A stretch of 64,000 bases of DNA, from assembly GCA_001599295.1 (NCBI GenBank), contig BCGN01000005.1, forward strand, positions 124,001 to 188,000. Reading direction: 5' to 3'. The DNA is from Sporopachydermia quercuum (Eukaryota). Position 1 is the stretch's first letter. Each line of letters begins with the position of its first letter. Shown here in pieces: positions 35,073 to 47,483 of this stretch. Made by a program: the position numbers and the translations under genes. A model generated the notes under the pieces. That model saw nothing but the letters and a program-made list of their open reading frames with translations, made no database searches and was not told the origin of the DNA.

Positions 35073-36336
35073 ATGATGTCTAAACGTGGATTAGACAGAT
35101 TGGTGAAGGCTTCTATGAAGATCCATCCACCGCCAGTTTCTTTTCAAGAATCACAGTATGTCCGTTCAACTATCAAAAGTGTATTTCAAGCTCCTGTTGT
35201 TATCAAAATAGATAACGGCGATTCGCTGAAACTACCTAAAGGATTAGGTAACTTAGTGGAGTACCATAACAGCAAGGTAAGTTATTTTTGGACAGATTGA
35301 ACATTCCAGTTCTGTGCATGTGTTTCTTTCTATTATTCCTCTATTTTACTAACATTTATATTATTTGGGCTTATAGATGCTCAAACCGTACTTTTTGAGA
35401 GGATCTGGTATCTCGTTGCTAATCGAATCAACAGACGTCATAAAGAATCAAAGCTCGAAGCTCACCTTTCATGAATCAACTTATATTATCAAAGATGTCA
35501 TTTCAATGTTACTACTCAACTCTAGGGGATTAATAAGATTTAACTGGTTTGATAAGTACTCAGAAATAGCACAGAAGATTGTACAAATAAATTCTGATGG
35601 AGCTGGAGCTTCTGACGCTGTTAAGAGTTCATTATTCAACGAGTTATGGGATGATGCATTGAATNAACATGGAATAGATAGAAAGACGGCACCAGCTGTT
35701 TCATTGACAGACAACGGACTCATAGTGCCTCTAAATGCAAAAATCAGAGATAAAAATCGGTCGACTTTTAAATCTTCAGTAGTACTTGGCGGGAAAAACA
35801 GTGAAAACGATGCAGATTACATCCAATTGAAGTACAATCGATCAAATCCATTTGCACCATTGGGTGATGCTTCAACTCTGGCAGGATTTCCAATGTTCAT
35901 TTCAAGTACCGATTTAAACATACAGAAGCCATTTGATTCTTCAAATGCTTCAAATGCAATATATAAAGATGAAAGTAGAAAGCAAAAGTCAGACTTGAGG
36001 TTTCAATTCCAATTTATCCCTTCAACTATCATCAGTGCTCCATTGTTTTTGGAATTTGTATCAGCAGTTAAAACGTTGCAAAGCTACAAAATAAGGATGT
36101 CGCCTGAAGTTAACGAAATGGCGAGAATCATTGAAGGAGCTATCCCAGTTCTTGTAACTGACTATACAGTGCAAGAAAAACTCAAAGCTACTATTAAAAT
36201 CCAACTAAACGTTATCTATGAACAGTTGAATAAGCTGAGCGACGATCAAACATATGGGTTCTATGNCCATTTTGTCAATAAGGCAAAGAGCGAACATCCT
36301 GAATTGAGAATTTCGAGTGAATTTCAATCTTCATGA
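35073..36336 (+). CDS. Hypothetical protein (387 aa); exons 35073-35276 and 35377-36336
   Basis: A canonical phase-0 intron 35277-35376 (GTAAGT...TACTAAC...TAG) joins two ORFs in frame. The N-terminus is basic and could be a mitochondrial targeting sequence. No family recognised. Confidence 0.75.
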
Positions 36337-37112
36337 ATAGGATGTTCTCTTCGTTATGGATTTTGCTTCTTCTTTTCTTAATTCTAACCTAAGCTAATAC
36401 CATCATATTATAATTACATCAAATCATGGTATTCACCACCATATTGATTACATCATTTCATTAGCATTGCATTCCTTTCCTTCGTCTACAATACAACCAA
36501 GCATGAAATAAAATTACTTTATCCTTAGCTCAACCACCATCATGTATATAATCATTATATTTTAAATACATGGATATTTAATAATACAATTATAACTAAA
36601 ACTACATAGAAATGAATGATTCGCGGTAGCTAATAATAATAATAATAGTAATAACAATTGAGTCTCACAGGGNATATATTCCATTTCCCCATACTAATCA
36701 TAATCAGTGGAGGCCCTTTCGAGATCCATACTGTGGATGAATACATGGGTCTAGACTCCTCATCAGTNTCACAGACGGTCTTTAAATAAAGACCGTTCTA
36801 TCTTCCTTTCAAGTAAACATCAATTGATTTATTAGCACTTACCGAGCATGGTTTATGTATAAAGGGAATAAATATTATTGAATATTAATCACGTACCATA
36901 TTATGTATGAACATACAGCTCTAGTAATGAATTTAGCTATTCATGAATTCTACATATACTATCAGTAGTGTTGTGTTAGTATGCTGTATGTCAAGAAGGA
37001 AAGGAATAGAATGTTATGAAGAAATGGTAATTTATAGCATAATATATTTCAATAAAACTAAGAGAACAATAGCTGCAAGTTAAGGAAACTGATAATGAGA
37101 TGATCATCAATT

Positions 37113-40100
37113 ATGTCCTCATCAAATCAACCAGAGGCTCTGGGATCTGAAGTGCTCGTTATTGATAACGATGTTGATAGTGATGATTGTGTTTCACCAC
37201 CTTATCAATGGCATCTGGGTCTATACATTTGTAAAAAAATAATCACCGATAAGAAGAGGAATCTCGATAAGAATGGAAATAGAGGTAGTAATAAGTGTTT
37301 GTTTGAAGATTCAGTAAAACTTGATAAAATTATCTGTTATTCCAAAGGAATTTACTGTGCGTTTAATGATGGCTCACTATTCAAGATTCCGTGGTCAGCA
37401 TCATCAGTTGATGAAAATCATACTAGTTCTCATTATACTACTAGTAACGACTATCTAAAAAGCTTGATATTACCAAGCCAAGTATTATGGCAAATAGACT
37501 CAACTGCAGATGATAGTATGTTTTTCTCCAGTACTAGCCAAAGAATAGTTGATATGCTTGTTTATGTTAGACCTGGACAATCCAAAGAATCACTATTAGT
37601 ATTGCTAGAAACCGGATTAGTCTCAGAGATCTGTATTGATAGTAACAACATTATTCATCAAACAGTGGAAAGCATCTGTGAGAATCCTACTAGATTATTC
37701 GTTTTCTATGATATACTTATCATTTCAGGGAAGTCTTGCAAGTTGGCCTTCATTGATTTAGCCAGCTTCCAGGAACTGCGTCAACTGAATTTCACATTGA
37801 ATCTATGTGATTGGTGTATTCCTTGTGGTATACACGATGATGATTTGCTATTGATATCTCGTCAAGGTTTGATTCATAGATATAGATTTATCTCACGCCA
37901 TGAAATAGAAATGATCAGTGATATTGAAAGTGCTAATACTTTATATTTATCACTTAAAGGAAAAGTTCAGTATATTCTATTGAACCTTTCAGACCCTTTG
38001 GTGATACAGGGCTTATTTGGTATAAAGGACAGTTGGAGTAAACAGTCTATTGATATCTTGACATTTGGAACAGTTCAGGATGTATTTAATATAGCAAAGG
38101 ATAAAATAGCTGTGGTACAAGAGAAAAGCTGGACCACATTTACGTTCGATTCCACCAAATTAAACGATTTTTCTTCCATCTGCTCATTGCAATTTCCAGG
38201 TCCTTTCCTTGAGAGCATAATTACCAGTTCAGCAAGAATATTTCCTACAAACAACATACAACAGTTTGGATTCAATATAGCGTGGAATAATCTTCTATGG
38301 GTTGTCAATGACAATATCCAACTATGCCAAAAAGATGGTAATACTTGGGGCTTTGATGAACACAACAGTAGAATTATTCGTTGTTTAAAGGAAAAGAAAG
38401 AGAAAGAGGCCGAGAGTATCACGCTGGAATTCATCAGCTCAATCAATGTGTCAGGAACTCAATGGAAGCAACAAAATGTTTCAATAGGTCATTTGAGTAA
38501 AACAATACATAGTGATATATTAGTTGAGCCATTCTCAACAGGAATTGTTATTGGCTATGGTAGGACTATTCACATACTAGAGATATATGAATATTTGCTG
38601 GGAGATTTGACTGAGCTTTTTGAGAAGTCTTGTATTGGAAAACATAGTAGGGAGAATTCCAGTTTATCAATTCGCAAGAACAGATTGTTATCATGTATTC
38701 AAGTATATGACATGTCAGACTCTCAATATATATTATGTGGAACTGTTGATGGATCTTTACTGATATTCGACCTAGAGTCAAAAGAACTGCTAATAGATGT
38801 AAAGGTCACCAACTGCCCTATTCAGGAGTTCATTAAAATCACCTACAATAACGAAATTCTATCAATTGCAGGGACAAATGCTTTTTCCTTCAGTTTTGAT
38901 GACCTAACAGCAATAAAATATTATCCTGGCCCTGGTTGTGAAATAGTAAGAGTAAATGAATCTATTGCTAAGCAGGAACTGCAGTTTGAATATAAAGATG
39001 GAATAATTCTAGTTAGGAGTTTGGTATCTGAAAGGGCTGTTGTTAATTTTTTCATTGGTTATGAAACAATTCATTTAGTATACCGAAGGGGTTCAGTTGA
39101 CAACGAAAAAAGCAGTAAATGGATAAGCAGTTTACCCTTTTTGCAGAACACAGTTCAACACTTTGGTGATGTTGGTATTTATATCAACTATAATACATCT
39201 GTTTTAAAGCGAGCTTCTCATTGGATTATAAATCATAGTCATAGAGCTGGGAAAATTGTTTTTACTGTGCTTTCATTGGTTATGGTATTAGTAAAAACCA
39301 TAAGAAGATTCCAAGGGTTCTACAGTAATGTGTTCACGAAGCAGGTGCTCCAATTCAATAAATTATGTAAAAACCTTTCAATGGAGCCTTTCATGGGGGG
39401 TAACAATAATCACGCTGGTGCTGCTAACAATGATGTAAGAAACTATGAAGTATTTCTTACACATTTCAAGCCTATGAGAGAAAACTACCAGCTAACAAGA
39501 TCAGACATTTCTAGTAGTGAAATTCCTACTGGGTTGAAGAACAGATTCTCTACTATCAGTATTGCATATATCTGGTGTATGCTTCAATCGATCAAGGATC
39601 TATTCATATCTAATGATTATGAGATCACCAGGCATTCAAGTGGAATAGTAGAAGATGAAAATGACTATCATATTGCTACACCAGCTCTTGAATTATGTAT
39701 TAGCTTAATTCAGGCAGATTTAGATATTTGTGAAACAATGATGAATAACCATACATTTTGTTTGAATGCTATTACAGATTTGACGTTATTTGAGAAGAAC
39801 GTTGAGATTCAGACGAGACTAGCGAAATTCCTAGCATGCTGCTTAGACAATCTGGCTACTGACAGCCAATTGCAGTTGGTTGATAAGTGGATAGTAGATT
39901 TACCACAGCAAGGATTTTCTGAGATGTCATCGTTGTTGAGAAATGAATTTTCATTGAAAGCAAAATGCTCAATTATGTTACTAACCCAGTTGGCATACAG
40001 CAAGCTTGATAGCCAATCTTATTCATTGCAGCTATGTGCTAGTTTTGTAGCTATATTGAGAGAACGATCGTTGCAGTTATGGGTATTAGAACTTCAAAAA

Positions 40101-41504
40101 TACGTAATGGAGCTTATACCAGTAATATGGCTTAAATGGGAGCTACTCAGTAGAAGAGATGTTATTTTTGATTTGTTTGTTCTCCTAGGCTCCAATCTAC
40201 ATAATATGAGCAGCAATTACGAGCCAAGGATTAGAAGATCAAGCGTCAGTTCCATTGAAGGAAGAAGGAAATCAATGACAGAGACATTTATGATAAGAGA
40301 AACAACAGAAGTTCATTTGGCAGGACAGAAATTGCTAGACGAGCTAACAAAACTGGATTTACCATTTATGATTGAATTCATTTGCTTAGAGCTTGAATCA
40401 AATTATAGTAAGTTATCGACGGTGAAAGAAATACTTCAATATGCAGTGCGGTTCATTCTTACCCAAGGACGTGGCAAGATACTGAGTAGATATTTACCAG
40501 TAGTATTCAGTTCAATAATGATATGTAAACAGAGGCTGAGAAAAGAGCCAGGAAGAACTGATGAATCTGAAGCTTTAATTGATGAGATAATCAACAGCTC
40601 TACTGATTATTTCCCTGATATTCTTATTTGGGAGAAAACAAGTCATACAGTGTTTTGTAAGTGTAAGATCGAAAGTAATGATTGTATGAAGGATAAGTAC
40701 AAGAAAACAAATAGGAATAAGAATAGTGACCGTGTCATTGATGGCGTTGATATTAAGTCGATATTTGGTGCGGTATATCAAATAGAAACAGGTGAAGTTA
40801 CTCATTTGCTTGAGATTAGTAGGCCGATGATTAATGGTATTATTCAAGACCATCATGGTAATAAAGTGCCAAGTTCTAGCGAATTTGGAAACGTTGATGA
40901 TTTACAAGATATCCAAATCTCGCCGTCAGGAAGATTTATTTCAGCTATTGACTACAAAGCAAGGATAGTGATAATATGGGATGTCAAACGGCAACAGAGT
41001 AAAGGCTTGTTAACAGGAATGTTCTTACGGAATGCTGAAAACGCCCATTATTTGGAGCAATATGGACTGTTTGAACCTATTATTAAAGGAACAGCAAGAG
41101 AGAACGTACCAGCATCAGATATTTTCCATACCAAGCAGATGAGAATAATACTAGGTGAAAACCAATCATTATATCGGTTGTTTAGCTATAGTGGGAACTA
41201 TATGGAATATAAGAATAGAGATAATGATAAGACAGTAGAAAGAATACATGAAATTCTGCCTCGATATAAAAATGAAAATTTCATAGTTTGTCCTTGCCAT
41301 ATTATATCGTTCGAACAGTTAATGGAGGAAAACGAATTAGAGGCTTTGATGATACCAGGGAAGTTCAGAGTAGAACTAAAATACGGGACAAGTAAATTNC
41401 ATATGGGTAGTTTAGGGGTTGAACACAATATTGCATTGAATTTAATAGATTCTGAAGATGGGTATATTTTAGCAAGTCGTGGGATCTATTTTCATAGTTC
41501 ATAG
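37113..41504 (+). CDS. Large WD40/helical protein, possibly a divergent WDR7/WDR72 (Rabconnectin-3beta) family member
   Basis: Uninterrupted 1463-codon ORF with a beta-rich N-half (ILCGTVDGSLLIFDL), a helical middle and C-terminal WD blades (AVYQIETG...ISPSGRFISAIDYKARIVIIWDV). The CDS itself is very likely; the family call is tentative. Confidence 0.6.
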   Translation: MSSSNQPEALGSEVLVIDNDVDSDDCVSPPYQWHLGLYICKKIITDKKRNLDKNGNRGSNKCLFEDSVKLDKIICYSKGIYCAFNDGSLFKIPWSASSVDENHTSSHYTTSNDYLKSLILPSQVLWQIDSTADDSMFFSSTSQRIVDMLVYVRPGQSKESLLVLLETGLVSEICIDSNNIIHQTVESICENPTRLFVFYDILIISGKSCKLAFIDLASFQELRQLNFTLNLCDWCIPCGIHDDDLLLISRQGLIHRYRFISRHEIEMISDIESANTLYLSLKGKVQYILLNLSDPLVIQGLFGIKDSWSKQSIDILTFGTVQDVFNIAKDKIAVVQEKSWTTFTFDSTKLNDFSSICSLQFPGPFLESIITSSARIFPTNNIQQFGFNIAWNNLLWVVNDNIQLCQKDGNTWGFDEHNSRIIRCLKEKKEKEAESITLEFISSINVSGTQWKQQNVSIGHLSKTIHSDILVEPFSTGIVIGYGRTIHILEIYEYLLGDLTELFEKSCIGKHSRENSSLSIRKNRLLSCIQVYDMSDSQYILCGTVDGSLLIFDLESKELLIDVKVTNCPIQEFIKITYNNEILSIAGTNAFSFSFDDLTAIKYYPGPGCEIVRVNESIAKQELQFEYKDGIILVRSLVSERAVVNFFIGYETIHLVYRRGSVDNEKSSKWISSLPFLQNTVQHFGDVGIYINYNTSVLKRASHWIINHSHRAGKIVFTVLSLVMVLVKTIRRFQGFYSNVFTKQVLQFNKLCKNLSMEPFMGGNNNHAGAANNDVRNYEVFLTHFKPMRENYQLTRSDISSSEIPTGLKNRFSTISIAYIWCMLQSIKDLFISNDYEITRHSSGIVEDENDYHIATPALELCISLIQADLDICETMMNNHTFCLNAITDLTLFEKNVEIQTRLAKFLACCLDNLATDSQLQLVDKWIVDLPQQGFSEMSSLLRNEFSLKAKCSIMLLTQLAYSKLDSQSYSLQLCASFVAILRERSLQLWVLELQKYVMELIPVIWLKWELLSRRDVIFDLFVLLGSNLHNMSSNYEPRIRRSSVSSIEGRRKSMTETFMIRETTEVHLAGQKLLDELTKLDLPFMIEFICLELESNYSKLSTVKEILQYAVRFILTQGRGKILSRYLPVVFSSIMICKQRLRKEPGRTDESEALIDEIINSSTDYFPDILIWEKTSHTVFCKCKIESNDCMKDKYKKTNRNKNSDRVIDGVDIKSIFGAVYQIETGEVTHLLEISRPMINGIIQDHHGNKVPSSSEFGNVDDLQDIQISPSGRFISAIDYKARIVIIWDVKRQQSKGLLTGMFLRNAENAHYLEQYGLFEPIIKGTARENVPASDIFHTKQMRIILGENQSLYRLFSYSGNYMEYKNRDNDKTVERIHEILPRYKNENFIVCPCHIISFEQLMEENELEALMIPGKFRVELKYGTSKXHMGSLGVEHNIALNLIDSEDGYILASRGIYFHSS

Positions 41505-42738
41505 GCCAGATCAAAACTGAAGGCTGATTAATTGCTTGATTATTCATAGATGAAGGAATAATTATGAATAATTATTCCAATCACGATAATACTGTTATAT
41601 TTAATTGTGTCCTATGTCTTATTACGAAGATAGTAAGAATATTGCAAATTCACGAAGCCCATGAGTGGTTTGTCCATCAAGACATTCTACTATGTGAATG
41701 ATATAATCTGATCAATAGTAGTAGTAGAAAGGTAAGAAAAGGTTTACCTGGTAATTAGTAATCGGTACTTAGATGAATCATATCATGTTCATCCTATCCT
41801 CATCACAGATTTACATTTGAGATACTTCCGTACCTTTTATGATCACATAATCACAAACCACTATCATGTGCAATTCACTCACTACTTGCTTTGTCTTTGT
41901 CCAACTTCTAGACATCTCAATGTTTTGTCACATACTCGTTAAACCCTAATGCTTGCGCCCCCCAGTTCATTACCCGGAAGCCTCTATCACTCAAACTACC
42001 TACTGTGGACTTTCATATCTCTTCTCTCCCCCGTCAGTTTCATTATCTGACTTAGTATCTACTCTCCTAATAACCAAAATAAGAACCAATCCAAGCGTAA
42101 AAGGACAGGATCGTATCATAATCATTAGGACCACACTGCCAAAATTAGAGATGGCTTTAGTATGATTCTTTGAATTTGATTTACCAAGAAGAACGCTTGT
42201 TATGTATGTTCTACTTATGAAAGCAAATAAAATAGTATCATTGCTAATTGTATNATTACAAAAGCGAAGCCTGTATCTAGCTACAGATTTATGTATTGTA
42301 AGGATCCATCTTATTACGAAAAGTTGACAGAATTAACTGTTACAAGCAAAGTTATGACAGGTAGCCGCAAAAAGAGTAAAGCACAATAAAGAACAATTAG
42401 TAAAAAAGGTCAAACTCTTCACTCCTACGATCAACAGTTAATAGTTAACAGTAAACAGACCAAGAGCAGATAAGTCAGTATTTATGTAAAGTAGACACTG
42501 AACGCCAAGAAGCTACAGAACATTAGAAAACCTGAAATCGAAAATTAAAAGACAACTTTAAGACAAAGGAGATTCACGTTTCTGAAATAACTGAGTGTAC
42601 AAAACAATTATTGAGAGTAATTGAGCAAAGACAAGCGTCAAGGAATTTTATATTGCTGTATTATATTATACATGAACATTACTTTATGAGTGAACAAGTT
42701 GGGGATAATAGAGAAGAAGGCTTCAATATTTGTTCATT

Positions 42739-44994
42739 ATGGAAGATATAACGAATCATAGTGACGACAATCGCCCGCAAGAACTACAGCTGCAACAGCA
42801 GCAGCACCATCAAAGATTGCTGAGAAAATCATCTACTTTGACCTCAGAAGAAAAAGACNCTTCGTTCTCTTCTTTCGTGGATATCGGCAGTCCAGCTGAT
42901 TCATTCAAACAAGATGTAAGGATAACAGGAGCTGACGGATACTCTACACTGGATAATCCCAGTTTGTATATTCAGGAATCAGTAAATGCTCAAGAACCTC
43001 CTCAATTGAATGTTTATATCAGTGATGTAGACATTCCTGTTGCCTCTGAAGCATATAGAGATAATTTGAGTGTCACAGTAAACGGTGATTTAAACTCCAG
43101 TAATGGTTCTAATCAAAGTCCGACAATGTTTACACAGACTCGCACGACAGAGTTAATGAATCCTGGATATACGAATTATATTGGTTCGATTCATTGTACG
43201 CAACCTGTTCACTCCGGTCAACCAGCACATTCAGGGCATACGATCCCAGTTATTCATTCTCAAAATCTGTTCATTCAATCCCAGCCTCCAAATCAAAACC
43301 TAAATCAAAATCAAGATTGTGAATATCTAGGAACAGGAACTGATTATCTTATGCCTAACTCGTTAAAGGGAGAATCATTTAAACGGGTGCGATCCAATTC
43401 ACATTCCGCTTATTCGACTGCGTCATCAAATCCCAATTCACCCTATTTTTCTGCCGCCCCATCCCCAGAACCAGAGTCTTTTCCTGAGACAGATTTGAGA
43501 TTTGTTGCTGATGTTGATAATCTAGGTTCTCAGATGAGCAGTGCTTTTTCCCTCGACAATAATAACAATGTCGGAAACTTAATAAATGGAGACTTTCCTT
43601 TGTTTGGCTCCTCATATCCTGTTAATGTACANCAGCAACAACAAAACCAGTCTCAGCATTCAAATTCACATGCTCAGATACAGCAACATCCTATTCAGCA
43701 ATTAAATCAAGGTCTAGCAAATAACAGTTCCCCAGCCCAAACGCCTTCTCCTTATAATGGGCAGGAACATCTCTCTCAAACAACTGCGTATTATTCCCCT
43801 TCTAGTAGGGAAAATAATTCTCTATCGACACCAAGCAGCATAACAGGACTATATGATGAAAAGTCTCCAATCACAATTTCTATTGAAGCCCCTGTAACAA
43901 ATCAAGAGTATCCTGTTAGTTACGCCGTGCCTAGTACCGAAATGTCCTATTCCTCACCAATGATGAATCCAGCTACTTTGGCTATTCCAATCATGACACC
44001 TTCTATTTCAGAGTCTGCAACTGATGACGGCAGTAATAACTCCTTGCTCCTGAATCCTAGCGATCATTATTCGTCATACCACAGCTCTACACAGGCATCA
44101 CCAAGCGGATCCTTATCAGCCCTCAATGGATTCTCCCCTGAACCGTACAGTCACGAACAAGATCTGTTACATCCCAGCTCAAGCATACCTATAAAGTCAG
44201 AGATTGACTCTGGAGTATCATCTCCAGGAGAACAGAGATCACGTTCTTTATCTCGATCTAGATCAGGGTCAGGGTCAGGGCCTAGGAATAATTCAAGGTC
44301 AAAGTCACGTTCAAGATCAAGGTCTAACTCAAGGGAACCCGGTTCGCGAGAATACTATTTGGATCTAGCGACTGTTGGTGGACCTAATAAGAGAATGCAA
44401 AAGCATCCATCTACACATCACTGTCATTTATGCGAGAAGAGTTTCACTAGAGCTTATAACTTGAGGTCTCATTTGAGAACTCATACAGATGAAAGGCCGT
44501 TTCAGTGCTCCTTCTGTGAGAAGGCGTTTGCTCGTCAACATGACCGAAAAAGACACGAAGATTTACATCGGGGGGAGCGGAAATATCAATGTCGTGGTGT
44601 TCTGAAAGATGGAAGTCGATGGGGATGTGGGAAAAGATTTGCTAGAACAGATGCGTTGGCGAGGCACTTTCGTACTGAGGCTGGTGCTCGTTGTATCAAA
44701 CCTTTACGCGATGAAGTAGAAGCAGAGAAAAGAGAACTTGAGGCCCAACAGAATATAAACGATCCAACAGGAATGGGAAACATTGGTGGAGGGGCTCTTG
44801 CACCCGTTCCTATTGGATTCACTAGTGTGAGTCCTAATAACAACAGTGCCATTAATAACGTAAACAATAATGCTACTGGAAATGGTCCGAGGCCCACGTT
44901 GAATCATAGATCTACAACTGATTTTTTCAACTCGTTGATGAANGATGGAACTATACCGGAAGAGTTTTATAAACAGTTTACAGTCAATGAATAG
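42739..44994 (+). CDS. CRZ1: Calcineurin-responsive C2H2 zinc-finger transcription factor
   Basis: [35 protein letters not shown]...[14 protein letters not shown]...[22 protein letters not shown], plus a PxIxIT-like segment SPITISIE. The first ATG is at 42739; the ORF track starts at a TTG. Confidence 0.93.
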   Translation: MEDITNHSDDNRPQELQLQQQQHHQRLLRKSSTLTSEEKDXSFSSFVDIGSPADSFKQDVRITGADGYSTLDNPSLYIQESVNAQEPPQLNVYISDVDIPVASEAYRDNLSVTVNGDLNSSNGSNQSPTMFTQTRTTELMNPGYTNYIGSIHCTQPVHSGQPAHSGHTIPVIHSQNLFIQSQPPNQNLNQNQDCEYLGTGTDYLMPNSLKGESFKRVRSNSHSAYSTASSNPNSPYFSAAPSPEPESFPETDLRFVADVDNLGSQMSSAFSLDNNNNVGNLINGDFPLFGSSYPVNVXQQQQNQSQHSNSHAQIQQHPIQQLNQGLANNSSPAQTPSPYNGQEHLSQTTAYYSPSSRENNSLSTPSSITGLYDEKSPITISIEAPVTNQEYPVSYAVPSTEMSYSSPMMNPATLAIPIMTPSISESATDDGSNNSLLLNPSDHYSSYHSSTQASPSGSLSALNGFSPEPYSHEQDLLHPSSSIPIKSEIDSGVSSPGEQRSRSLSRSRSGSGSGPRNNSRSKSRSRSRSNSREPGSREYYLDLATVGGPNKRMQKHPSTHHCHLCEKSFTRAYNLRSHLRTHTDERPFQCSFCEKAFARQHDRKRHEDLHRGERKYQCRGVLKDGSRWGCGKRFARTDALARHFRTEAGARCIKPLRDEVEAEKRELEAQQNINDPTGMGNIGGGALAPVPIGFTSVSPNNNSAINNVNNNATGNGPRPTLNHRSTTDFFNSLMXDGTIPEEFYKQFTVNE

Positions 44995-45676
44995 AGCTCG
45001 TAAAACACAGCAGAGTCACAGAAGAGATATACAAATTCAAGCATGTGAATATCAAATAATGAATTAATTATGGAGTCATAGTTTGTATAGTACTTGATGA
45101 TCTCCTATACTGTATTTATATGCTGATGTGTTAATTAGTTCATACCACATAGCCATTGGAGTAAGTAGATAACCCATTCCTTTGGTCTGTAATCCTCAGT
45201 AGTGGTGTATAATAATCAATATTAATTTTAACTGGTGGTTCCTTACAGTATCAAAACTGTATACATATTATTACATATTTTGAAGAACATTTGATTCATT
45301 TAATGAGTTATTATTCATCCGAATCAAAACAGAAATATAGAACAAGTCAAAATCATAGGATATGAACAATAATTGAGAATTTCCTTAAGTTCCTCATTCA
45401 TTTTCAAGGTTTTCAACAACCTATCAACCTATATATTACTGATCGCATGTGACTCTTCATGTGACCTCATAATATTCAACTATTATCTATTTACTATTCC
45501 TATTTGTATCTTTCATATATCCCTATTGATATTGTTGATTATTTACTTTTACCCTTATCTTTTAGGGAGAGGAAGAAAGAAAAAGGATAATGAAGAAAAG
45601 AAAATAATTAATATTTTTTTAGTTTCATTTTTACTGCAGAATGATAAGCAATTATCGAGTTAAATGTTCAACAATT

Positions 45677-45791
45677 GGTTGTTTGGCCGAGTGGTCTAAG
45701 GCGTCCGACTCAAGATGAAAATCTTAGGTGCTGTTAAGTGCCGAGCATTCGGATCTCGTAAGAGGCGAGAGTTCGAATCTCTCAGCAATCA
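45677..45791 (+). tRNA. tRNA-Leu(CAA) with a 33-nt intron (45715-45747)
   Basis: Acceptor stem GGTTGTT/AGCAATC, A-box TGGCCGAGTGG, anticodon stem TCCGA/TCGGA with CAA at 45711-45713, long variable arm, T-loop GTTCGAATC and a downstream T-run. Confidence 0.96.
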
Positions 45792-46082
45792 GTATTATTT
45801 TTATTTTATTATTGTAGACTATCTATTGATTTTAATTACCTTAATTAAAGTCCGATATTCGTTTTGTTTTTGAGATGTTGAATTTTCAACGTTGAATCTG
45901 AAAACTAAGAAAAACGACCATTTATGATGCTCGCAGTTGATAGCTAAGAAAGATCCATATGAGAGAGTGAATAATATGGTTCAATATCAATATGACCGGA
46001 CTATCAAGATAGTAAATTCAAAACGATAGGAAGCTAGATTATATACCTCTACAACGCGGGAAGAACCATCAAATCAGTCTGC

Positions 46083-47483
46083 ATGATGAGCACTGTCCTG
46101 GTGATTAATGAAGCTCAAGCAGTAAAACAATGTAAACTAATACTAGAGAAATGGAACTTATATGAGAAACGAAGGAAAATAACCAAACAGACGATTCAGA
46201 ATGAAGAAGGGAATAATCAAACAAGTTTTTTTGTTCCTGTGACAACTGATGATACAGATTTAGATCATTGGAATGTACCTGATGAAGATAAGGTAGTGCT
46301 CAAGCAACATGCAAACGCTATTGTCAGCAAAGATGAATCATATTCTAATTGGGAAACGAGGAAACGAGATAATAAGGAGAATCTAAAAGATATAACCAAG
46401 AATTTTCTGGAGATCAACAATATAACGCTGATTGGTGATGCTGATGTTTTTGAGTTTCTGAATGTTGTTCCAACTAGGTACTCCATATATCTACCAATGG
46501 TACTTTTCACATCTGGTTCTTTTTCTCAGAAGCTATGGAATGAATTGGAAATCGTGCTGACTCAACAGAATTCCAGCATAGAAGAATATTTTGAGTATCT
46601 TGTGAAAGTTTTATTTTCCAAATTTCATTGTAATAGAATTGCCGTTAATCAACCCATAGAAGAAAAAGATTTTATGAGGAGACCATTTTCTCTGAAACCA
46701 CTTTTTGGAGATTTTGGGCCCACTCCCAGTGATCAAACTTTTTCTAGTCCTAGAGAAAATGATTATAAAGAAGCCTTCTGGTGTCATGTAACTCAGAATG
46801 GTATTCAACAGACATGGGCTCCTAGATTCACTATGTTTTCAAGAGGTAATATAAAGGAGAAAGCCAGGGTACTAACGTTCCCAGAAATACAGGATAATGT
46901 AATTGTTGATTTGTATGGTGGGATTGGATATTTTACTTTTAGTTATTTGAATCAAGGAGCAGCGAAGGTGTATTCGTGGGAGTTGAATCCATGGAGTGTG
47001 GAAGGCATGAGTAAAGGGAGCACGCTGAATAAATGGAAATCGGTGGTCATTAGAGAAAATGAGATACGAAAAAATGATGCTAACGAAGATGCTTCTCTGG
47101 TGATTTTTAATGAAACTAATAAAAAAGCACCTGAAAGATTAGCTGATGCTGACCTACAGAAGCTGAGACATATTAATTTGGGCCTATTACCTGACAGTAA
47201 AGATGGATGGCCAGTGGGCTTAAGTTTGATAAAAAGAGCTGCTCAATGCTGTGATAGAAAACATACAAGGGTTTCAATGCATATTCACGAGAATGTTGGG
47301 AAGAACAGTCTAGACTTCTGGATGAAGGAAACTAAGGATGGGTTACTTGTTCTTGCTCGTGATATTTTAGGTGAAAACTCTGTTACGATAGAGGACATGC
47401 ACTTGGAGCTGATCAAAACTTTTGCCCCTGATGTTTGGCATGTATGTGGAGATTTTGATGTTTGCGTAGAAGAAGTTGGTTGA
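46083..47483 (+). CDS. TRM12: tRNA wybutosine-synthesizing protein 2 (aminocarboxypropyltransferase)
   Basis: QNGIQQTWAPRFTMFSRGNIKEKARV, VDLYGGIGYFTFSY, WELNPWSVEG, RHINLGLLP, HIHENV and IKTFAPDVWHVCGDF. Confidence 0.92.
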   Translation: MMSTVLVINEAQAVKQCKLILEKWNLYEKRRKITKQTIQNEEGNNQTSFFVPVTTDDTDLDHWNVPDEDKVVLKQHANAIVSKDESYSNWETRKRDNKENLKDITKNFLEINNITLIGDADVFEFLNVVPTRYSIYLPMVLFTSGSFSQKLWNELEIVLTQQNSSIEEYFEYLVKVLFSKFHCNRIAVNQPIEEKDFMRRPFSLKPLFGDFGPTPSDQTFSSPRENDYKEAFWCHVTQNGIQQTWAPRFTMFSRGNIKEKARVLTFPEIQDNVIVDLYGGIGYFTFSYLNQGAAKVYSWELNPWSVEGMSKGSTLNKWKSVVIRENEIRKNDANEDASLVIFNETNKKAPERLADADLQKLRHINLGLLPDSKDGWPVGLSLIKRAAQCCDRKHTRVSMHIHENVGKNSLDFWMKETKDGLLVLARDILGENSVTIEDMHLELIKTFAPDVWHVCGDFDVCVEEVG

